Virus record (IMG/VR): IMGVR_UViG_3300011435_000001
Span: 8,648-72,647 of that record
DNA from: a virus
Lineage: Duplodnaviria > Caudoviricetes
Direction: 5' to 3' (one strand)
Length of the DNA: 64,000 nt
Positions 1 through 9,646 of the stretch are shown in pieces (the first letter of the stretch is position 1; every line of letters begins with the position of its first letter). The position numbers were made by a program, and so were the translations under genes. The notes beneath the pieces are model-generated. The model did not search any database and was not told where the DNA came from. It worked only from the letters and a program-made list of their open reading frames with translations.

Positions 1-2
1 AC

Positions 3-371
3 ATGTGGAATCAGGTTGTGGACGGGCAAATTCTCACGCCCACACAGCGCCAGCAGTTGAGGGGCGCGTCCGAGTCCGTTCTAAAGGCACACACGCCCAC
101 GGAACGCATCAAGCAATATATCGAACTGGAAGAGCGCGCCGGTCTCTCACCCGGCACCGTGGTCCCCGTCGGATACCGGGAGCTGGTCTCCGGTGCGGCG
201 CCTGCTCCTGCCGCTTCCGCTGCGGCTGTCTCCGTTTCCGTGTCTCGCCCGACAGTCGAACAGAAGGCTGCCGCTCCGACGTATCCGAGCCTCGCCGCCG
301 TTCCAGCCAACGTGCAGTTTTTCAAGGGAACTGACGGACAACTCCGTGTCAATCCAAACTTCAAACCATAA
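3..371 (+). CDS. Probable virion protein, likely 5'-truncated by the window edge
   Basis: Open frame from the window edge, Ala/Pro-rich; its stop overlaps the ATG of the giant ORF (TAATG). Confidence 0.6.
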   Translation: MWNQVVDGQILTPTQRQQLRGASESVLKAHTPTERIKQYIELEERAGLSPGTVVPVGYRELVSGAAPAPAASAAAVSVSVSRPTVEQKAAAPTYPSLAAVPANVQFFKGTDGQLRVNPNFKP

Positions 372-3300
372 TGGCAATTCCTACACTGCCGACGGTTCCC
401 AACGACCCGTATGCGGGCGCCCCTCTTGCTGAGAGCGCTCTCGCACAGCAAGCCATCACGCCCGGCGCTCCGCTCCTTCCTCAGTATCAGGACGTCTACC
501 TGAACAGGAACCAGCCTGCTCCTGAACCCGCGGTTGTGGAACCCGTCGAAGGCGAAGACCCTTACGCGGGCGCGACTGTAGTCGAGCCGGAGGCCGACCC
601 TTACGCGGGCGCAGCTCCCGTCACCGCCGTCTACGGCTACGACATGGAGAAGCTGAGCGCGACGCCTGTCGAGGTGCTGAAGAAAGACAAGACGGAATTC
701 AATCCGGTAGATTTCTACGCGAAGAACACGGACGCACTTCTAAGAGACCCCGAGGCGTTGAAGAAAGTGGAAGCCGTTTTCGAAGAGCGCGACAAAGAAC
801 GCATGACGCCCTTCGGGCTCGTCAAGGCTGCCGTTACCGCTCCTCTCAACGCAGTCCTACACCCAATCGAGACCGCTAAGAAAACTGTCGGGGTCGCGAA
901 GGCCGGAGCCGAGTTTGTCGGAACGCTTCTCTCGGGCGCGAAGCAAGTCGTGGCCACCGGGGCGGAAGTCGCCGGGAATTTAGCCGAAGGCGATTTGCCG
1001 GGAGCGGCCAAAGGAATTTCTGAAGCCATCGCGGCGGCGGACCTCGCGCAACAGCGCTGGGTGACCATCGTCACGGACAAAGTCGGTCCATCTTTTGGCG
1101 TCATCCCGCGCGGGAAAACTGCACGCGAACGTCTGGCCTTCGACGCGGACTTCAAGCGCGCGGAACTCAAGGCCGCGGAAGGCAACGGTCAGCTCGCGAG
1201 CGACCTCGGCGCATCTCAAGACGAGCTGCGGTCTCTGGGAGTGAATCTCGACCCGGGCGCAATCGAAAGGTTGTCCGTCATCGAGGACCCGCTTTTCTTG
1301 GTGCCCGTTGGTTCTGCAATCGGCGTCACTGGCCGGGCCGGAAAATTTTTACTGGGCAAGGCCACCTCTCCCGCCACAGCGGAAGCCTTTGCCAAGGGCA
1401 TCAACAGCGCGATGGAGCGAGCCGCCGCTTGGCCGATTGCGAAGACCGGCGCAGCAGTTGAAAAAGCCGGAGCGCTTGCGGAGAAAGCCCCCAAACTCTT
1501 GAAGGGCGGAGTAGCACAGGGCGCAACCGGCGGCATGATTGCGTCCGCGATGCACGGGAACTTCATCCCTCTCGCCACCGCACTCGCCGCCCCGACCGCT
1601 TTGAAGTATGGCGGAAAAGCCGTCGCTGCCGTTGGCCGCGGAGTGCAGGCCGCCGCACCGGCTGTTGGTCGCGTCGCTGCGGAAACCGCAAAGGGCGCCG
1701 GAGAAGGCGCAGTTTTGTCCATGCCGCTTTTCCTCGGCTCGAACGAAGAGGAACGCGAGGGCCTGCTCGGCATGATTGCTGGCTCGGGCTTTTTGCGAGG
1801 CAGTCTCGCTGCTACTGGCGTGGCCAAGGGACTCGCTGAACGCGGAGAGCGACTCGCGGGACGCTCGGTCCAGAACAAGCTGGCCGCAAAGATTTTCGAA
1901 GCCGTCGACCAAGGCCCCGTCAAGGACTCCAAGGCATACGGCACCGACACCGCGCTGGATGCGGCGCACCAGCAGCACTCTGCCACGCTGTCTCGCGGGG
2001 AACAGTCCCTGCTGAGCACGGCGCGCGAGTTCTTCCGCGATGCTGGCGTTGAGATTTACGGTCTGGACAAGAACACGTTCGTGGCCAACGTCCCGAACGT
2101 CGCCGGGGCATCCGCGGCAGAGGGCTTTTTCCTGTCCCGGGGCGAGAGGCTCAATCCGGACGGCACACGCAGCCCGGTTTTGCAAGTTCTGTTGAACAAG
2201 GACACCAACGGACTCGGACATGAACTCTACCACGCCTTCAAAAGTCTTGACCCACAAGGAGCTACAGCTCTCGAGGCCCACATCACCAAAACTTGGACCC
2301 CCGAGGAACAAGCTTGGCTCTCAGACTCTTACAACTCCGCAATCAACGGCGGAAAACCTAAGTCCCAGTGGACAGTGCATCTCAATGAAAAACAGATTCT
2401 CGAAGAGGCTGCCGCCGAAGTCTTTGGGCGTGTCGTCAACGCCACCGACCTCAGCGGCGTCCGTCCCAGCATCGTCAAGCGCGCCAGCACTTTTGCCTCC
2501 ACCATCCTCGAAAAGATGGGCCATCCGCTTGCAGGGAAGGCCCTTCCGCAAGGACCCGGTGTCTCAGCCCTTGGCGTCCGACCGGGAACCGCTGAAGTAA
2601 AGGTTTCGCAGGATTTCCTGACCGACATCACCCGCCGGGTGAAGGAAGGCTCTCTGGGCGTCCCCACGCCCGGTGCTCCGCTCGAGGTTGGGGCGGGCCC
2701 TGCTGCCATTTCTAGGCGCCCGAGTGCGCCCCAGCCGTCAGCACCCCCGAAAGCGGCTGAGGCTCCGGCTACCCCTAAGCCCGCTACGCCCGCACCCCTT
2801 CCAGAGGCTGCCGCGGAGGTTCCTGTGCCAGCCGCCCCCGCGGCCCCTACGGCAGAGAACATCCGGGTCACCCCGAAGGAACAGGCCGACTTTGCCGCCG
2901 AGCGGTCCAAGGTCACCAACGCCGACCAAGCCCTAGCCGCCGCCGTCAAAAGCGGGGACCCGGCGCAGGTCACCCACGTCACGGCCATCAACGACTCGAT
3001 GGCGAACGGTCACGCCGTCGAGGTCGTCCACAAGGGCGTCATCCGCGAAGGCGGACCGACCCCCGAGAAGCCTGTGGGACGCGGTGAACGACGCGCCGAG
3101 CAGGCCGAAGCCTACGTCGCCGAGGCAATGGGCGCGGTGCCCGACTCAGTGCGCGAACTGCACCAGAAGCTTTTCTTCGGCACGCGCTGGCTCAAGGCTG
3201 GCAAACAGCTCACGGCGCGGAGTCTGGACAAGGCCCTCGCGAACGTGAAGAACGCTGCGGACATGTCCGCTGGCAAAGTCACGCTGCCTTACGAGGTTGA

Positions 3301-6300
3301 CGCGGCGGGAAAGCTGACGGAGGCGGGCTGGGCGGAAGTTGTGCAGGACTTGAAAGACTATTGGTCCAACCAAGACCGCGGCTTCCGCGGGGACGGCAAA
3401 GCGCTGACTCCCGAAACCCGCACGCGCGACGTCGGGCAGAGCATTCCTCCCGAGGACCCGCGCGGACCTGCGGCGCTGATTTCCACGGAGCGCACGGACT
3501 TTCTGAATCTGGTGCAGGGGCTCAACATTCCGGAGACGGTGCGGGGCCAGAAGAAGGGCGTGATTCCCGGCAACGTCAAGGGACAGCTATTGGCGGAAGC
3601 ACAAGGCAAGAAGCCAGCGAAGCCCGCTGGTTTCACCGAAGCCGACGTGCAGGCGAAAACCTACAAGCCCATCGAGGGTGTAGGAGTGCGCAGCATCGCG
3701 GAAGTCAACCCTCTCCGAAACGATTTACGCGCCAAGGGAGCGCCCGTTGAAAAACTCATCGAAGTCACCGAGAACATCAACGTCAAGAATATCGAGTCCG
3801 TCACTCCGCGCCCCGACGTCACCGGGCGGGGCGGCTCCACGGACATCACGCGCGCGGGTTTCTCAGCGAGACTGGCGGAGAGGTTTCCGGTCAAGGAGCC
3901 CCAGAGCAGCTTTTCTCCCGCAGCAGACTTTGAGAAAAGTCTGGACCCGGTCAAGATGGCGGCAATCCGCACCAAGGGTGGACAGATTTTCACGGGCGCG
4001 TTTCACGGAGAGGCGTATCTGAACCTCGCGGACGCCGTTGGGCGCGGAGAGTTCAAGGAAAAGTTGCCGGAGGGATTCAAGAGTCTGACTGACCTGCTCG
4101 ACTCTGTGATGGGTGGAGAGAAGTTTGATTTCATCGAGGACGGCTTCGTGACCGAGAGCGGAAAATACCTGAACCGCAAAGAGGCCTTCGAGCACGGCAA
4201 GAAAATTGGCCAGCTCAAGGCGGGATACGGTGAGGCGACGCGCAAGGGGCAGTTCGAGAAGGAAGGCGTTCTCGAGTCTGACGAGTTCAACCGAGGGAAA
4301 AGTTTTTCTCCCGCCACCGAGAAGGGGAAAGAGTTCGCCAAGCAGGGCTACGAGTTCACCTTCGATGTGGACGAGCTGGGCGGACGACTGGTGCATGTCA
4401 ACAAAGACGGCCAGCGGGTCGGGTTGGTGGAGTCCGTCCCGGAAGGCGACAAAAAAGCTGAAGTGTCGATGGCCTTCGTGACCCCCGAAGAGCGGGGCAA
4501 GGGCTTGGCTGAGGCGATGTATCGCGAGCTGCTCACCAAGCTGAAGGCTGACGGAATTGAACTGGTCAGCGGGCTCGCGGTGTCACCAGAGCCAATCGCA
4601 ATTCGAAAGAAAATCTTCGGCAGCTTTGAGAGCCTCGCCACCAAGAAATCCGGTGAGAGCGTGGGACCTGTGTCCGTGGAGGAAGCACTCGCCGGTCTGA
4701 CCAAGCTCCGGAAGGGCTTGTTTCCCCCGTTCCCCGCCGTCGACGTGGTTAACAGAATCACGGAAGAGAGCAAGTTTTCCATCAGCCGGGAGAAAGAGAA
4801 AGAGGTCGCGCAGGGTCTATTTGATAGGGGGCTGTTGGCCCACGAGCCCGTAGGCCGACTGACCAAGTCGCCCGTGACGGGGGCATTGTGGATTTCACCC
4901 GACGGAGACCTTTTCCAAGCTGGGTCGATGGGTAACGGTCACGAGTCGTGGGCGATGGATTACATTGTCGGTGGGCTCACCGACAAACTAACGTCCCCGC
5001 TGGGGATTCTTCCGGGAGCCCGAAATGTCCTCGGAACCGCGCTGGCCAAACGAAAAGGATGGCTCCCGTCGTGGGTCGACCGCACCTCTTCGGCAGACTT
5101 GGGTATCTATATAGACGGGAAGCCGAACGCAAAACAGCGGGCGGCTCTTGAGGACTTCGCGTTTGACAGCAAGCTCGCGGTGCTGAACCGCTCGAACGAC
5201 AAGGTCGCCATCTCCAGCACCGAGGAGTTTCTGGAGAGGCGGAACTACGGCAAGGGGAAATTCTCCATCAGCGCGAGCCCAGAGGTCAAATCCTCCCTCG
5301 ACAAGGTCCTCGCCGGAGAACAAGCTGGCGAGACATTCACGTTGAACGGCAGACTTTTCAACCCGGGCGACCGCAAGCTGGACGTGGTCACGCTGGCCAG
5401 CGAAAACTTTCCTCCCGACAAAATCACGCCGGAGGCGATTCAAGCTTTCGTCGACAAGTATCCCAACCTCGCACGCAACCCCGACGTTGTCGCCGGAGTG
5501 TTCAAGCTGGACAATGGTCTCGTCTCGGCGGACCTGAACGTGGTGGTGGACCAAGCCAAGCGCAAGGAATCCCTCGCGTTTGCCAAGGAAAACAATCAGG
5601 AAGCCATCTTCGATTTAGTCAAGGGTGAGGTCATCAACACGGGCGGAACCGGAGAGTCGAGGCTCAAGAGCCCCAAAGACGTGGCGGTTGCCGCAGCACT
5701 CCTGTCAGGTGAATTCAGCGGTGGACCTCCCGTTCGCCGCAAGGAGCCAAAGACCGGCCCGGTAAAACAATTTCTCGGGTCCGCCAAAGAACTGTTTCAA
5801 GACCTGTCCGAAGACGTGACGGAATCTGCGAAAGATTTCTTCGAAGAGATTGCCGACTTCGGGCCGACAATCAAGGGGCGAGAAGCCGACCTCCAAAAGG
5901 AGCTTGCGGCAGCGATGGAGGCGAGGTATCCGAAACTGTCAGAGGTTCCGGAGCCGACGCTTACTCAGAAATCTGTCGAAGACGTGGACTGGAACGAGGT
6001 CCGACGGAAAATTCAGGACTTGCCGGAGGAAGAGTATCGGGCAATTTTCGGAGAACAGCCCCGGGTCACCGTGGAAGGCTTGGCGGAGTCGCTGATGCTG
6101 GACCCCGAGAAGGCTCCAAATTCTTATCCGGCGGAAGAGCGCTCGGTGCTTCGACAGGTTTTTCAGATGGGTCGAGAACAGCTACAGGACCGGGGAGAGT
6201 CTCCGACCTCATTCTCCGTTCGCCGTAAAGAACCGAAGCGCGACAAGCAAGGCCGACCGTTGACCGAAGAGGGCCTCGTGGATTACGAGAGGCTATACAA

Positions 6301-9300
6301 GGAGAAGGTCGCGGCGGAGAGGGCAGCGGAGGCGAAAGAGGCCAAGGCGAAGCCCTCCAAAAAATATCTCGTGCCCGCGGCTCAGAAACCGCCCAAGGAC
6401 AAGCCCACGGGTTGGATTCTCCCGGACGGAGAATACGTCCCGATTAACACAGAGTTTCACCAAGACTGGCTCGGGGAGAACCGAGAGCGAATCAACAAAG
6501 ACTTTGGGACCAACTTTGGCGAGTTCGTTTTTACCGAAGACCGTCAGCAGGCTCTCAACAAGGGCTTCGTTCGCGTCCGAGACCGGGGGGGAGACCTCAT
6601 CGTCGAGCTGCACAAGGACTTTTTCAAGGGGAAGACCAAGAACGCCGTCAAAGAACTTCTGGCGGAGCACGCGGGAGAGCTGAACCGAGTTTCTGTTTCT
6701 CTCCTGAGCGACGAGGGGCAAGTTGTGGACTCCGTTTCCGCACGCCTTTTCGACTCTAAGAATCCAAGAGATGCCGCCCTTTCGATGTTGGACAAGCTGA
6801 ACCCAACAGCAGGGGTTTCGAAGAAAGGCCCTTCTGCAATCCAACGCGCCCGAGCGATGGGCGGAGAGGAATCTTTCTCTCCCGCACTGGCTGGCTCCGA
6901 GCCCAGCCGGGCCTCGCGGGAAAAAGCCGCGAAGGCTTGGAAAGAGCTGGGCACTGAGTCTCCCTACTTCCAAAAGTGGTTTGGCAAGTCGGAGGTCGTG
7001 GACCCCTACGCCCCCGACCAGCCGCTGGTTGTCTATCACGGCACCACGCACGAGTTCACGGAGTTTACCAAGGAGCGCTCCAACATCGAAAACGATTTCG
7101 GTCAGGGCTTCTATTTTTCCAGCGAGCCACAAGAGGTCAGCAAGAACTACGCGGGCGAAGGGCCGGACTTGACCTCGAGAATCGAGCGACGCGCGGAAGA
7201 GCTTTACAACCAAGACGGGGAACTGACCACAGAGGGAGCGCGGGCGCAGGCAGTCAAAGAAGTCAAGGGCACGCACGAGGGCGCGGTCAAGCCTGCCTAC
7301 CTAGCCATCAAGCGGCCTTTCCGCGTCGGCGACAAAGTCAGCGGGCGGGGAGAAACTGTTCTAGAGATGAATGAGCGCGGCACAGGCACGCTTGACAAGT
7401 TTTTGGCGAACCTCGAGCGCAACGCCAACCGATACGACAACACCAAGGCGGCGGAAGGTGTGGCGGAGATTCAGGAGAAGGCGAATTATGAATCCATCGG
7501 AGCGAAAGAGCTGGTGGACGCCATTCGGGACAGCGAAAGCTTCAACGATGCGAACGACGAAAGAGGAGATTTTGCCACGACGGAGATGATTCGGCAGACC
7601 ATTGAGGACTCCGGGTTCGACGGCATCATCGACGAGACGGTGTCTGACAAGTTCCCGCACATGATTTCGCAGGGCGACACGATTCACTACATCGCCTTCA
7701 AGCCCGAGCAGATTAAATCCACGACGGGCAACGTCGGCACTTTCCGCAAGACTAATCCGGACATCCGTTTTTCGGCGAAACTCCCAACCGACAAGGAAGT
7801 GTCCGACGCACTCTTCGTGAACAAGCGCCCCTACGTCGGAGCGCATCGCGACCTCAAGCCCGGCACACCCGTCGGACTGCGCATCGACATTCCCGCCTTC
7901 ACGCAGCACGGCGTCTACGTCATCACGGTTCACGAGAAGGCAAGCGGTGGTAGCGTGGGCAAGCGCATCGGCCACGACAGCGTCGCTACCGTCGACAACC
8001 CGACATTTTTCAGCAAGGAATCCGGCGCCATCAAAATCAAAGAGGGCGCCCCAAAGTTTCCGATTGCGACTGTCGAGGGAGAATTTAATCCCGCACGCGA
8101 AGTGCCGAAGGCGGGCGGAGAGTGGACCGAGGTCGGCTTCAATCCTGTCAAGCACTCCTACTTCTACGAGAAGGGGACCGAGAAGCCTGTGGTGGGTGGC
8201 GAGCAGGCGGTGAGCGCGGGCAACAGCGTGTTCGTGAAGAACGCGGAGTTCGGAGACAAAAAAGATTTCGCTTTCAGCGCCGCCCCTAAAAAAGTCGAGC
8301 GCGAGACAGGCAAGGGCGGGCAGAAGTTTTTCCCGCAGGGCACGCCAGAGTTCAACGCCTACGCCGAGAACAAGATTGCCAAGAGCAAAGAATTTCCCGA
8401 GGCCTTCCCGCTCGAGTTCCGGAAGGATGAGAACGGAAATTATCTGGCGCAGTGGGACGGTGACGTGCTCCCTGCCGCGAAGCCATACAACCTGCTCAAG
8501 TCAGACCTCGCGGAGAAGTCCGGCTCGAAAGAAAAGTTCCTCGACGCTCTCGGAACGAAGTTGGTCAAGGAATACCGCGAAGCCAAGAAGAACCCGGAGA
8601 TTGCTGTCGGCGAGCACTGGTATTCCATCTTCCGCGAGAAGGTCGGCAAGGTCCTCGGTGACGACACGAAACTTTTCGCTGAGCTGTTGGGAGCGACGTC
8701 GCCTCAGCAGGCCGTCGGGCCGAACTTCAAGGACGCGCTCGGTGCTTACAACCAATTTAAGCGCGGGGCCTACGACGCGATGATTGAGAAGTATCGCGAA
8801 GGCAAAAAGAAATTCTTCGACGGGGACCTCGCGGAGTTCACAGAGGCCACGGGCAAGAAGGGCAAGAAAGCAGACTACGCTGCGTTCATGAGCTGGTGGC
8901 AGAACAAGCACAACCTGCTACCGACAAAAGCTGACGGTAAAAAGTTTGGGATGAACTCCCGCGCTGTGATGAAGGTCCTTGACCGCTCGTGGCTCGAGGG
9001 AGTGCAGGGACCAAAGACTCCGAACTTCACGGGCAACCTGTCCGGGACAACCTTCAAGGCCACGATTGACGTTTGGGCCATGCGCGCCCTGTCGCGACTC
9101 GCCGGAGAAGATTCCGGTAAGCCGTGGCGGGTTCAAGCCGCAAACGAGTCCGGCGTGTCGGACCCGGATTTCTATTTCGGGCAGGACGCCTTCCAGAAGG
9201 CAGCCGACGAAATCGGCATCAAGGCCGACGCACTCCAAGCGATTCTCTGGTTCGCAGAAAAAGACCGATGGGAGAAGAACGGCTGGACCGGGGCGGCAGG

Positions 9301-9466
9301 CAAGGCGAAGTCCGACTACAACACGCTTTTGGACCGCACGACGAAGACGCCTGAGGGCTTTCTGGACCTTGCAGACATTGCACCCGACGAGGTGAAACCC
9401 AAGGCCAAGAAGGGTGCTGCAAAAGTGGCAGCCCAGCTCGAACTGAGCGACATTAAGGGAAAATGA
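371..9466 (+). CDS. Giant (3031 aa) polyvalent internal-virion/ejection-like protein with zincin, GNAT, ADP-ribosyltransferase-like and DNA-glycosylase-like modules
   Basis: HELYH...EEAAAEVF zincin motif; GNAT-like VTPEERGKGLAEAMY; ART-like FQKWFGKS..PLVVYHGT..GFYFSS..EQIKS; position at the end of the virion module; coding-like codon bias throughout. Confidence 0.85.
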   Translation: MAIPTLPTVPNDPYAGAPLAESALAQQAITPGAPLLPQYQDVYLNRNQPAPEPAVVEPVEGEDPYAGATVVEPEADPYAGAAPVTAVYGYDMEKLSATPVEVLKKDKTEFNPVDFYAKNTDALLRDPEALKKVEAVFEERDKERMTPFGLVKAAVTAPLNAVLHPIETAKKTVGVAKAGAEFVGTLLSGAKQVVATGAEVAGNLAEGDLPGAAKGISEAIAAADLAQQRWVTIVTDKVGPSFGVIPRGKTARERLAFDADFKRAELKAAEGNGQLASDLGASQDELRSLGVNLDPGAIERLSVIEDPLFLVPVGSAIGVTGRAGKFLLGKATSPATAEAFAKGINSAMERAAAWPIAKTGAAVEKAGALAEKAPKLLKGGVAQGATGGMIASAMHGNFIPLATALAAPTALKYGGKAVAAVGRGVQAAAPAVGRVAAETAKGAGEGAVLSMPLFLGSNEEEREGLLGMIAGSGFLRGSLAATGVAKGLAERGERLAGRSVQNKLAAKIFEAVDQGPVKDSKAYGTDTALDAAHQQHSATLSRGEQSLLSTAREFFRDAGVEIYGLDKNTFVANVPNVAGASAAEGFFLSRGERLNPDGTRSPVLQVLLNKDTNGLGHELYHAFKSLDPQGATALEAHITKTWTPEEQAWLSDSYNSAINGGKPKSQWTVHLNEKQILEEAAAEVFGRVVNATDLSGVRPSIVKRASTFASTILEKMGHPLAGKALPQGPGVSALGVRPGTAEVKVSQDFLTDITRRVKEGSLGVPTPGAPLEVGAGPAAISRRPSAPQPSAPPKAAEAPATPKPATPAPLPEAAAEVPVPAAPAAPTAENIRVTPKEQADFAAERSKVTNADQALAAAVKSGDPAQVTHVTAINDSMANGHAVEVVHKGVIREGGPTPEKPVGRGERRAEQAEAYVAEAMGAVPDSVRELHQKLFFGTRWLKAGKQLTARSLDKALANVKNAADMSAGKVTLPYEVDAAGKLTEAGWAEVVQDLKDYWSNQDRGFRGDGKALTPETRTRDVGQSIPPEDPRGPAALISTERTDFLNLVQGLNIPETVRGQKKGVIPGNVKGQLLAEAQGKKPAKPAGFTEADVQAKTYKPIEGVGVRSIAEVNPLRNDLRAKGAPVEKLIEVTENINVKNIESVTPRPDVTGRGGSTDITRAGFSARLAERFPVKEPQSSFSPAADFEKSLDPVKMAAIRTKGGQIFTGAFHGEAYLNLADAVGRGEFKEKLPEGFKSLTDLLDSVMGGEKFDFIEDGFVTESGKYLNRKEAFEHGKKIGQLKAGYGEATRKGQFEKEGVLESDEFNRGKSFSPATEKGKEFAKQGYEFTFDVDELGGRLVHVNKDGQRVGLVESVPEGDKKAEVSMAFVTPEERGKGLAEAMYRELLTKLKADGIELVSGLAVSPEPIAIRKKIFGSFESLATKKSGESVGPVSVEEALAGLTKLRKGLFPPFPAVDVVNRITEESKFSISREKEKEVAQGLFDRGLLAHEPVGRLTKSPVTGALWISPDGDLFQAGSMGNGHESWAMDYIVGGLTDKLTSPLGILPGARNVLGTALAKRKGWLPSWVDRTSSADLGIYIDGKPNAKQRAALEDFAFDSKLAVLNRSNDKVAISSTEEFLERRNYGKGKFSISASPEVKSSLDKVLAGEQAGETFTLNGRLFNPGDRKLDVVTLASENFPPDKITPEAIQAFVDKYPNLARNPDVVAGVFKLDNGLVSADLNVVVDQAKRKESLAFAKENNQEAIFDLVKGEVINTGGTGESRLKSPKDVAVAAALLSGEFSGGPPVRRKEPKTGPVKQFLGSAKELFQDLSEDVTESAKDFFEEIADFGPTIKGREADLQKELAAAMEARYPKLSEVPEPTLTQKSVEDVDWNEVRRKIQDLPEEEYRAIFGEQPRVTVEGLAESLMLDPEKAPNSYPAEERSVLRQVFQMGREQLQDRGESPTSFSVRRKEPKRDKQGRPLTEEGLVDYERLYKEKVAAERAAEAKEAKAKPSKKYLVPAAQKPPKDKPTGWILPDGEYVPINTEFHQDWLGENRERINKDFGTNFGEFVFTEDRQQALNKGFVRVRDRGGDLIVELHKDFFKGKTKNAVKELLAEHAGELNRVSVSLLSDEGQVVDSVSARLFDSKNPRDAALSMLDKLNPTAGVSKKGPSAIQRARAMGGEESFSPALAGSEPSRASREKAAKAWKELGTESPYFQKWFGKSEVVDPYAPDQPLVVYHGTTHEFTEFTKERSNIENDFGQGFYFSSEPQEVSKNYAGEGPDLTSRIERRAEELYNQDGELTTEGARAQAVKEVKGTHEGAVKPAYLAIKRPFRVGDKVSGRGETVLEMNERGTGTLDKFLANLERNANRYDNTKAAEGVAEIQEKANYESIGAKELVDAIRDSESFNDANDERGDFATTEMIRQTIEDSGFDGIIDETVSDKFPHMISQGDTIHYIAFKPEQIKSTTGNVGTFRKTNPDIRFSAKLPTDKEVSDALFVNKRPYVGAHRDLKPGTPVGLRIDIPAFTQHGVYVITVHEKASGGSVGKRIGHDSVATVDNPTFFSKESGAIKIKEGAPKFPIATVEGEFNPAREVPKAGGEWTEVGFNPVKHSYFYEKGTEKPVVGGEQAVSAGNSVFVKNAEFGDKKDFAFSAAPKKVERETGKGGQKFFPQGTPEFNAYAENKIAKSKEFPEAFPLEFRKDENGNYLAQWDGDVLPAAKPYNLLKSDLAEKSGSKEKFLDALGTKLVKEYREAKKNPEIAVGEHWYSIFREKVGKVLGDDTKLFAELLGATSPQQAVGPNFKDALGAYNQFKRGAYDAMIEKYREGKKKFFDGDLAEFTEATGKKGKKADYAAFMSWWQNKHNLLPTKADGKKFGMNSRAVMKVLDRSWLEGVQGPKTPNFTGNLSGTTFKATIDVWAMRALSRLAGEDSGKPWRVQAANESGVSDPDFYFGQDAFQKAADEIGIKADALQAILWFAEKDRWEKNGWTGAAGKAKSDYNTLLDRTTKTPEGFLDLADIAPDEVKPKAKKGAAKVAAQLELSDIKGK

Positions 9467-9639
9467 AATCGCCACACAAAGAAATCACTCTCGAAGACTT
9501 CGTACTGACCCCCGAGGAGATGAAGACCGTCGTGCAGGGCTCCCAGCGGTTCCTGCCCGCGCGCGAGGACGATGGCGCACTCGCCGACATCGCCCCAGAC
9601 TCAAACATTGACAACACGCCCGAAAGGCGAACCTCTTAA
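9463..9639 (+). CDS. Small hypothetical protein (58 aa, MKSPHKEITLEDF...), not in the ORF track
   Basis: ATGA overlap with the stop of the giant ORF; ends 7 nt before the next ATG. Confidence 0.55.
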   Translation: MKSPHKEITLEDFVLTPEEMKTVVQGSQRFLPAREDDGALADIAPDSNIDNTPERRTS

Positions 9640-9646
9640 CCGTATT

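Noticed and set aside
5290-5710. SAM-lyase identity for the module containing LAFAKENNQEAIFDL
   Set aside because: Only the A..F...Q..I pattern resembles T3 SAMase; the upstream conserved Glu is not evident; needs structure prediction
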